Assembly (NCBI GenBank): GCA_012295275.1
Contig: CM022670.1
Span: 23,746,001-23,810,000, forward strand
Direction of reading: 5' to 3'
Length of the DNA: 64,000 bases
DNA from: Chrysomallon squamiferum
Taxonomy: Eukaryota > Animalia > Mollusca
The position numbers were made by a program, and so were the translations under genes. Shown here piece after piece: positions 54,500-64,000 of the stretch. Within the stretch, counting starts at the first letter, position 1, and the number at the start of each line of letters is the position of its first letter. The notes under the pieces were generated by a model. The model was not told where the DNA came from, did no database searches, and saw nothing but the letters and a program-made list of their open reading frames with translations.

Positions 54500-55259
54500 A
54501 TAAGTTTGTTGCCAGAGTTCTTTCTTACAGAGACTGGCTTGGTAGCAATTGTATGGCTGTGGCTAGATGCAGAATGACAGAGAAATCAGAAATCACAAAT
54601 TTCACAATATCAACCACAATATCAATCAATGTTAGCAGGTCAGGTTAAGGACTGGCCTAGATGAGGCCAACCTAAGAAAACAGGAAATAGAGCAAATCAT
54701 ATGTTAGTTCAGTTTGTAAGAAAAAAAGTCGTTTATCCAATTAAATCATCCTCCAGTAAGTATGGAGGCCATTTTATCAGATATCCACCAGAAAAAAGCT
54801 CCATGCTGTTGGAATGAGGTCACAGTGACCTATCAGCAGACCTCTGTTGACTCCAAGACACAGAACCATCTTCTGCGTCGTAATGACAGCAACATAGAAC
54901 ATTTGTATTCACTGGTTGGGAAAGAAGTATAACTGATGGCAGAGGATATGGACCTAGAGTAACTGCATTTGATCAGCAGAACATCCAGGAAACAGATCCA
55001 TCATGGTGGTGCTGTTCCTACAATTGTAAGCTGGACCTAGTAGAGTTGCATGGAAATCTTTATGGGCAGATTTATAAAACATACATCAAAATTATTCCAC
55101 ATTTTATTAACCATTCACTTTTTCGTGCCTCCCTTATTCATGGAAGATAATGCCAGACCACACAGAACCTGAACTGTGCTCCAACATTTTCAGAGGAATT
55201 CAACTGAGCAGAAGCTTTGGCCAGCAAGGAGTCCAGATCTTAACCCTATCAAACATTAT
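54500..55259 (+). mobile_element. decayed Tc1 (DD34E) transposase pseudogene
   Basis: QVKDWPR*GQPKKT; KLHAVGMRSQ*PISRPLLTPRHR; SIMV..YNCKLDLVELHGNLYGQIY; FMEDNARPHRT*TV...LWPARSPDLNPIKHY with exactly 34 residues between D and the mutated E (now K). Confidence 0.93.
54817..54831. promoter_or_regulatory. perfect palindromic estrogen response element (IR3)
   Basis: AGGTCA-CAG-TGACCT, exact consensus. The motif is certain; function is unproven. Confidence 0.45.
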
Positions 55260-55658
55260 TTTATTTATTTATTTTAATTTTTTTATGGATTGAATTAAGC
55301 TTTGTCCTTTAAAAGGATTATCATTTAAATATAACAACTTATATGAAGTTGGCAATATGATATTTTTACTTTCATTTTATTTACATATTAAAGAGTAATA
55401 GCTTGTAATAAAATATTGAGCTTTTTTTTATTGTCATTTCATCTTAAATTAGTTTACAGTTTCTGTGTAGAATATTTTTTAAATACATTATTTTTAAAAA
55501 AAATTAAATAATTCTGATTGGATTTTAACCACATTTAATCGATGTTTAGTCCATGTAAAAATTATACTGAAATCATCATCTTTTAAATTGAACATATATC
55601 TTAGCATAAACTTTGAAACTGAAAATTTTATATACATTTAATTTTATTTATTTTATAT

Positions 55659-55693
<35 letters not shown>

Positions 55694-57384
55694 TTAAAAT
55701 ATTTAATTTATTATTATTTTAAATTTTATTACAATATTTTGTTTATTATTTTATTACATATTCAAACATGGATACAATTTAATGATTTATTCAGTTTATT
55801 AATTATTATTCAGTTTTAATATATCACTCATTTATCATTTTACAATAAATCACCTTTTAAAACTACCAGAACACGCAACAGACATGCTACCTCCACATAC
55901 ATTAATAAAATAATTTGTTCTGTGCTTTGTCAGAATGATTTCAAAAGTAATTTGGGGGTATTTCTGGAGGGATATTTAGTCTCACGAGCTGGCAGCATTT
56001 CAGATGTTGAAATGAAGAGATGTGCCACAGGATTAAGTGTGACAGGCCAGAAGAAACCTGACTGGGTTGTTTGTGGAGACTGGAAAGATGTCAGGGAGTT
56101 AATAATACCTCACAGTCTGGTGTTGTACATGATTACCACAGAAAAAGTGATGCAGACTGTGTCATGAAGTCTATTTCTGTAGAGAGAAGGGGAAAAAATC
56201 TTATTTATAGATATCAGATAATTAAACGAATGTAAGGTCTGGTGTTTTCTTAGCATTTTTTTAATTGTGCTGAAAATAGGTCTTCAAAACTGAAGAAGAT
56301 TTTTTTTATTTTTTTATTTTTTTATTTTTTTTATTGTTTGGGTGTTCGAGTTTAAAATCTTTAGTTCTTAATTTGTTTCGTACTTATTTCATTTATTACT
56401 GTTTTTTTAAATATGAATAAAACACGAATTGTGGCATAAACAGTTTTTAATTATTTGTTTTGTAAAATCAGTTGATGAAGTAAATGTGCGTCAGTGGGAA
56501 AATAAAAGGGTACACCCACACTTATTTGTGGTAAGAATCTGAGCATTACAATGCTTCAAATTGTAATTAATTTTGATGAAATTTGTGGTCTTTAGCTTCT
56601 AATAATACATTTATTAATGTTACGTGTGTTTTGGGTGTGGAAAAAGCACAGATAATGGAAATGAATTTTGTCATGCACACATCTTCTCCAAAATGAAAGA
56701 GCAATGGATTTTTCCTTTCACTGCTTGTTTAGCCTGCTTTAATTTTCTTTTTCTTTTTCTCTTTTTTTTTTTAATCTCAGTTTTCATTTTAGTGAATTGA
56801 TTAGATTATTCTGCTGTTTTAACATTTAGCCAGAAGCCAACAATCTAATACTTTCATCACTTGGCTGACGAGAAAGTTTAGCCAAAAAACGTAAAGTGTA
56901 TAAATCTTAATTACTAACAATATCAGTTATACAGAACCATGTTAAAAATAGAAGAAAACCATTTTGTATTTTGCTTTTGATTAAACAATATAATGATGTT
57001 GTTTTTTTTCCCTTAGTTTACATAGTTTAGTTGTATATTGAAGTTAAAGTAAACAGATTTACCTTTTTCCTTTCAAACTCAGCATAGTTGATTAGGCTGG
57101 GTTAAATTGTCATTGTCATGGTTTTGAAAACACTGGATGATAAAATGAAGGTGTGTTCCTATAAATCAAATGTGTTGTGTGCTTAGATAATTATGTTGAC
57201 CACTGGGATTCGTTTGTTAATGTCGTTTCATTCTGTTTTTGTTGACTTAATCATTTTCAGTTTCCAAACTATGTTAACAAATTATGATTTGATAGTGTCT
57301 CAGTAGTCAGATTGATTTTGTTGTATAGTGCAGAGTTATTAAACAGCATTTTTTGTATAATTCAGTACTAGGAATAATGAAATA

Positions 57385-57422
<38 letters not shown>

Positions 57423-58433
57423 GTTATTATAAATTAAATACAATTAATTATGTGGAAATAATGTTTTGATAAATTTAGGATGAAACAAAATATATAAATT
57501 AATTTGTAAATGAAAATATTTAAAAAAAACAAATAATAATAATAATAATAATAAAAAGCATAAAAGAAACATATATATAAAATAAAAATAAATAAATAAA
57601 AAATTCAAAATGTAAATAAATATTTAAATAAACATGAAGGAGATAAAGATGAAACCTTTGCAAAACAGACTCCTCTTACAAGAAGATAGATAAGTTAAAA
57701 ATCTTTTTTCATAAATAACTAAATGATATCAGATGAAACATGTCAGAAATATTTGTGGGATTTGTGAAAATATTAAGAATTACATTTTGAAAAATGAGAC
57801 TCTAACCAGATAAAATTAGGAGTTAAAATTGATTTAGTTTTATGATTTTTTTGTTTTTTGATTTTTTTATTATTGATATATTGCAAATGTAAATAATTGT
57901 TTGTCAGATATATAAAATATTCTGTCAGATACTGCTGACAAATATTAAAATAGTTTTCTCTTTAGAAGATAATATTTTGTTTAGCCATTTCACAAGAGAA
58001 AAATCTTGAGAAAGACTTGATACATTTTCAAACATTTTTGAAAACCTATTTAAAACATTTTTATTTTACCATTTAGTTTTTCAAAATTATTTTAAAAGCT
58101 GTATTTCTACTTTTGTTATTTTTTTTTTTTTTAAATGTCTGTATTATTTGCTTTAACAGGGCATTTATGGTTTTAAGCATATAACTTAAAGAAAAATCTG
58201 TAGAATAAAATTTGTGTTGTTCATGTAGGTCAGTGGTGAAAGCTGCTTGATGGTCTCACTATATTCAGCATACTAATTAGTATATTAGGTAAGCAAGTAA
58301 CTAATAATTGCTTTTATGTGTTAATTACTATGTTGAATATAGTGAGGCTCTGTGTGTGTGTATATAAGTTTTGTAATATATGTCATGCATTATTTATAAT
58401 TTATATTTATTGTTTTTTCATTTCTCTTTGCAG

Positions 58434-58504
58434 GGCCTGGTCCTTCCTAGCATAGTGTAGACAACAATAGCATCACAATGTGTGGAAGCTGTTGTGATGA
58501 TAAG
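58434..58504 (+). other. 71-nt exon carrying the probable translation start
   Basis: Strong acceptor tgttttttcatttctctttgcag|G and donor AAG|GTAAGG; all three frames have a stop in the 5' half, so it cannot be an internal coding exon. Confidence 0.75.
58478..58504 (+). CDS. first coding segment MCGSCCDDK of an unidentified protein (continues after a phase-0 intron)
   Basis: CACAATG with A at -3, in-frame TAG at 58448-58450, 9 open codons to the donor. Confidence 0.6.
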
Positions 58505-61500
58505 GTAAGGGTGTTTTTAAAATAATATATCTGAAATCAGAAAACATGAATAGCTTTACAACTTGTCAAAAATGTGGCAGCATAAAATGTTTGTGAGTTA
58601 AGCATATCAAACGGCGAGGGAAAATGTAAATGTTAAATACTGAAGCGATTTTTATATTGTGCAAGATGTATTCTTTCCAGCTGTAAAAATAATTTTAAAA
58701 TAAACAGGAAATTCTTCACAGATGTCTGATAATAGCTGCATTTTGGTGTGCACATATGCATAAAATGGCTTAATTAATTAAAACTTGTATTCAAATGTAA
58801 TAATAATAATAATAATAATAACAACAACAACAACAAGATTGATTTTAATCAAACATTCTGTATATTGTTTTGTATTGCCTCACTAAATCTGCTAAGTTTA
58901 TTTGCCAAAGTTTTCTTAGTTATGGAATTCAAAACTGTAACTCTGATACCTCCCCATCTCTTCTTTCTTTCTCACAGCTGCCTCCTTGATTTCCTTTGGG
59001 AATATTTAAAACAATTTGTATTAAGTTAGAGTCAAGATTCAGGTCAAATACACTGTTGCTGTTCAATAAATAACAGATATGATGTTAACATTTTAAAATC
59101 ATTCTCAGATCTCCAGCTCCGGTTTGATTAGTGTTAAGATAAATACGTTTTGAGATCGTATCTCTGTAAATCATCTACTTTGTGAGCTGATTGGGATGGT
59201 TTAAAATCACTCAGTATTCTTCTCTTTAATTCTCAGACTAACACTTGGATGAGATGACAGTTCAGATTGCTGGATTATGTTCAGATTTTAAGAGATGCTC
59301 GAATACAACACACTGACACTGTCAAAGGCTTGTAGATTATGAGCCCAAAACAAAGATGTTTCACCATGCAGTAGATAAACTGATATTTCAGTGGTTGATT
59401 ATAAACTGAAAACAAGACTATCCAAGTAACAGTGCTCCCTTCTTAATGTTGATCTTTTATCACATTTTTGATTAACTTAACTTGAAATTTTAATACAGAT
59501 AAGAATTATAACATTAACATTACCAAAAAAAAAAATTCAGAATTAATCTGTCACAAATTGTTAGTTTAATAAAAAACTGAAATTTAGTAGGAATAAATAA
59601 ATTTAATTTTTCTTTGTAAATATATGATAATTTTTTTTAAATAAACCAGAAAATATTACAAGAAAAAAAAAAAAAATAAAAAGATAAAAAAAATAATAAT
59701 AATAAAAGATGTTTATGGGAAATAATCACGATACAGGTATTTTATCTGTTTTCATATTCATATCTGCTCTAGCCAGACGCTTTGTCACTGAAACAGTATA
59801 TCTTGAGAAGTTCATGACTGGTAACCAGTGTTTGTATTTTTTTTGTTATATAAACTAGACTGAATCACTGAAAGAGTTAGCTACATCAGCTGTGACAGAG
59901 GAACCACAGAGTGAGAGAGAATACACACAGTGAACAATCTGTTAGAAGTGCAGCACTTCAGTTTCATTTAGCACTTGTACGCATTTCAGTAGTTTCTGCT
60001 TTTTGAAGGATTCCCACACCCAAAACTGACCTGACATCAATAAATATATTATTAGAAGAAGCTAAACACCAAAAATGTCATCTAAATTAATTAAGATTTG
60101 AAGTATTACAACAATTTACAAAAATCAGTAAAATGACCACTACAGTGAAATAGAACAAACTGCAGAGGTAATAATAAGAAAAATAAATGAAAAAGTGTTG
60201 GACTGAATGAATTTGTTTTTAATTTATTATTGTTGTTAATATCATTATCATTGTTATTATTACCATTATTGTTTCGTAAATTACTGTTTTATGATGTCAT
60301 TGTAAATTTTTACTGGTAAATATAACAAATACTAAAATAATAATGAATTTAAATATTTTATCTGATCTGCAAATGCCTGCACCTCATAAAGAATGAAAAT
60401 GTATATAAGTTTATGAACACTGAATTAACATAAACTAAATCATAATTCGTATACCTCCAATGAATAATGGTAACAATCTATATGTACTTTGAGTACATGC
60501 ATTTTGTTCCCATCCCCGATCTTTACTTTACCTATATCTTTAATACATCTGCAGGTACTGTTTCCATAGTAACTATTTTCATTTATGCATCTTAGAGAAG
60601 AAATTTGTAAAAAAAAAAAAAAAAAAAAAAAAGATAATAATAGACTCACTGAGACATTATGTGGTCATATTAAATGATTTCAGATAGTGAAAAGAAATTT
60701 TTTGCTCATTATCACATGCCAAGGCATTTGTTATCAAATTAATTTACCAACGAATGTGTTTTCTGCAGCAGATTTCTTCTTCCAAGATCAATCATTTTTC
60801 CTAATTTTCATTTCTGTGAGTCTGGCCAGTAGCAGTAAAAATGGGGTAAGCACTGTATTATGATGACATCCATAACATTGTTTGCGAATCTGTAAACCAG
60901 TTTTCTCAAACAACCCTGGGATAGCATAATGCAATTTGGGAAATAATTCACACCCTAAATCCCATCTATTTTATGTGTTACCAGTTTTGTGGTCACATTT
61001 TTTTGTTTTTTTTTTTGTAACTTTGCAACCAGCTATAATACAATTGCGTTATTATTATTATTTTTTTAATGCATGTTCCAGAAGAATTGACTGTAAGTTG
61101 TGAAAAAATGGCAAATAATCATTACTGTAGATTGTGTATGAAACTGTCATCATCAGCAGGCCTAATACATGCAAACTGATTTCTTGCAAAATGTTCTGAA
61201 AATGGAGGAATATACAAAAAAAAACAAAAAAACCTACAGTTTTATGCCCTTTATAATTTGTGAGAAATGACTAAATCTTCAGGTTTTTTTAATCAGAAGA
61301 ATAGACATTGGAATAAAATACACATGTATGTCTGAAATACAGATCTTGATCTGTGCAATTGAGGTAATAAATAGATTTTAACAGAAATTTGTTTCTAAAA
61401 TTGGGTCTCTTAAATACCCACAAATATGGAAGATCAATCCAAGACTCCAGAAAATAGGAATAATAAGTCATGGAGCAAACAAGCAGCAGCTATGAAATGC

Positions 61501-61714
61501 AACATAATTGATCATACATGCAACAGAGAGGAAGTAAATAAGTATTATTATATCATTCATTATTTTATGTTTTCTGTCTTTAGTATGTGTACTGACATTT
61601 AAAAATGTCAGCCATATTTATTGCTGTTAGTACTAACATTTTAATAAAGAGTAAAAATAATTTACTGATGTAGAAAGTTCTAAAATTCAAATTCTATATT
61701 TATTTTTCCTGCAG

Positions 61715-61753
61715 GGAAATAAAATTAATGAATGTTACATTAAGGCTGTGTAT
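61715..61753 (+). CDS. speculative 39-nt cassette exon GNKINECYIKAVY
   Basis: Acceptor tatttttcctgcag|G, donor TAT|GTAAGA, open in phase 0 and compatible with the 58504 donor; could be chance. Confidence 0.2.
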
Positions 61754-61919
61754 GTAAGAAATACAGTTGTTTATTGCTCTGTTTCATCTATGGCACATGT
61801 ATTTTATGTTAATGTAATCAGTTTTAAAATATATCTGTCTGTAACTTTGATTCCTTAAGTTTTTCTTAACTTACACAATCCTTATCATGTTTTTTTTTTT
61901 TTTTTAAATTTATTTATTA

Positions 61920-61953
<34 letters not shown>

Positions 61954-62179
61954 GGTAACAATGATAATCATTTTAAAATTTATTTTAAATTCAATCTTTC
62001 TTTAATATTCTTTCTTGTTCTTGGTTCTCTTTTGAGACTTTTGGTGTAGAGTTGAAAGCTTACCAGGTGACACCTGGCATAATATGCCACAATTTGTCTG
62101 TTTCTAATATCAAAAACCACTGTTCCATTCTGAACAGACCAGAGAAGGTGCTTTTCTGCCTGTGTAAAGGTTTATGTAA

Positions 62180-62296
62180 AGGATTACTGGTAGGAGTCTG
62201 TTTTCTAATAGTTGCAGGTTTCAAGATCTAGTTTAGTTACAGGACAGTTTGTACATACCACAGGGTTTGTGTTTTATCTACCAGCCTCAGAACACT
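62180..62296 (-). mobile_element. decayed SINE fragment, reverse orientation
   Basis: acaggacagtttgtacataccacagggtttg...taccag approximates the reverse complement of the caaagg.tgtggtatgt..tcctgt core. Confidence 0.55.
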
Positions 62297-63967
62297 AACA
62301 CAGAAGAGTCATCTTAATTTAGACACAGACATAACTTCAACATAGATGAGAAACATTAATTTGTTTCTATGAGTTAATCTACTCAGTTAGTGGTCTCACT
62401 TCGTGCCAGTAAAAGCACAATGAAATAATTAAGTCAGTAATATTAGGAATTAAACAGTTGGAGATCTTTAAAAACTAGGTCACTGGGAGAGATCTGATAG
62501 TGAAAGATGTCGGTTATAAATTCGACAAAAGGGACAGCTTTGTTTTGACTTCAGTAACTTAATAAAGAAATGTATTTTATGTTTCTGTAGTATTTTACTG
62601 CATGTCTTCCTGAAAGTTCTTTTTTTTTTTTTTTTAAAACCATTTCATTAAAAATAAATAAAAAAGCAGTTCACTAGATTCAGATAATTAGTTCTGGGCT
62701 TTATTTCAGTTGTCATAATTGTTCAACATCTGATAACATTTAATAATAAATGTTGTTTTGCAAATCATATCAGAAAAAGAAAAAAAAAAAAAAAAAAAAA
62801 AAAAAACACCAAAAATACCAAGAAATTTTTGTTATGGCTTATTTTTATTGTTATTATATTTCTTTTAATAATGTATCATTTTTTTTTTTTTTTTTTTTTG
62901 ATCAAGTTTAGAATTAAGTAGAGGTGAATGATATCCCTCTTACAAACTCAGAAAATTTTCCTATCAGATTGGAAGTCTTGAACAATTTACTTCACTGTCT
63001 ACAACATCTGTGTGTTTATTTTTAAGACTTTGATTCCTTGCTGTAACACACTTGTGTGGGTTACCTGTTCAGCTTGTTTTCAGACACGAGACAGTGTATG
63101 TGTCACTGATTTGTAACAGGCTCAGCGTACAGCCATTAGTCTACTTTAACACCGAGAACAATAAAACCAGAAAACCAAGACACTTCATTTTTGATTCACT
63201 GCCAGAGAAATAAAATATTAAAATAAAAAAAATCTGCAACTTTTTTTTTTTTTTTTTTTTTATATAACCTGGCATGTGACACATTTGTTAGTTTATCCTT
63301 TTCCACACTTAAGTATATTTTTATTTTATTTATTTATTTATTTATTTATTATTATTATTGTTATTTATGTTATTATTATTATTGTTATTTTATTATTATT
63401 TCTTTTATTTTACAAATGTAGCTTTCTTGTTATTTTTCATTTATTTTCTGTTTTCACAACAGTTGATTTTTTATTTATTTTTTTTTTTTTTTTTTTTTTT
63501 TATGTTAAATATTCTTTTGTGGGATATATTAAAAAAAAAATTCAGTTGTAGAAATGGTTTCATATTTCATGCAGTAATTTTTATAGTAATAACCTAAAAC
63601 CATGTTAAGAAAATAATATGTCTGTTTTGTTTAAATATATATACAGTGCAAAATAACAATAATAAATAAGAAGATGTAAAAATAATTCTTTAAAATCATT
63701 AAATAAATAGTATTAGTAAAATATAAAATAATAATGAAAAGATAATAAATAAAACAAAAACAACAAAAAGGCTGAAAAGTCAATCTTAAAAATATAATTC
63801 ATGATTTGAGAAAATTATTTTTGAAAATAGCAAGGGAGTCAGTCATTTGGTTCGTAATTAAAATTATTGATTTGGTGACTAAATTTATCTTTAACAGAAA
63901 AAGATCAATACTTGAAAAAGATGAGCATCTTGGCTGACAAAATTCAAAGATTTTTTGGGATGACATT

Positions 63968-63971
<4 letters not shown>

Positions 63972-64000
<29 letters not shown>
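63972..64000. repeat. (TG)n microsatellite running off the window end
   Basis: Directly visible. Confidence 0.97.

Noticed and set aside
63087-63112. gagacagtgt resembling a remembered lophotrochozoan miRNA 5' end; also gatctaactct near 20101
   Set aside because: Only about 10 nt match and no convincing precursor hairpin; no known miRNA, tRNA or rRNA was recognised in the window.

Overview
Very AT-rich, strongly CpG-depleted eukaryotic (animal) DNA with no long coding sequence; the ORF track is almost entirely low-complexity noise. The dispersed SINE core resembles, from memory, the MetaSINE/RUDI-type repeats of molluscs, so a gastropod is my best guess (unverified). The window reads as the long 5' intronic/regulatory part of one large + strand gene: the best-supported genic feature is a 71-nt exon (58434-58504) with in-frame upstream stop, ATG and the start MCGSCCDDK, plus a possible 5'UTR exon at 16866-16970. 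The gene could not be named. The rest is decayed Tc1/mariner transposase fossils (four clear or likely, one weak), a Mutator-like element, SINE fragments, microsatellites and local duplications. Most notable: a perfect estrogen response element inside a Tc1 fossil, apparently made by CpG decay; a 32-bp minisatellite built of consensus splice-donor motifs; a near-identical 128-bp templated duplication with a fold-back junction; several short perfect palindromes; CpG-retaining islands. I found no convincing evidence of a wholly new multi-gene system.
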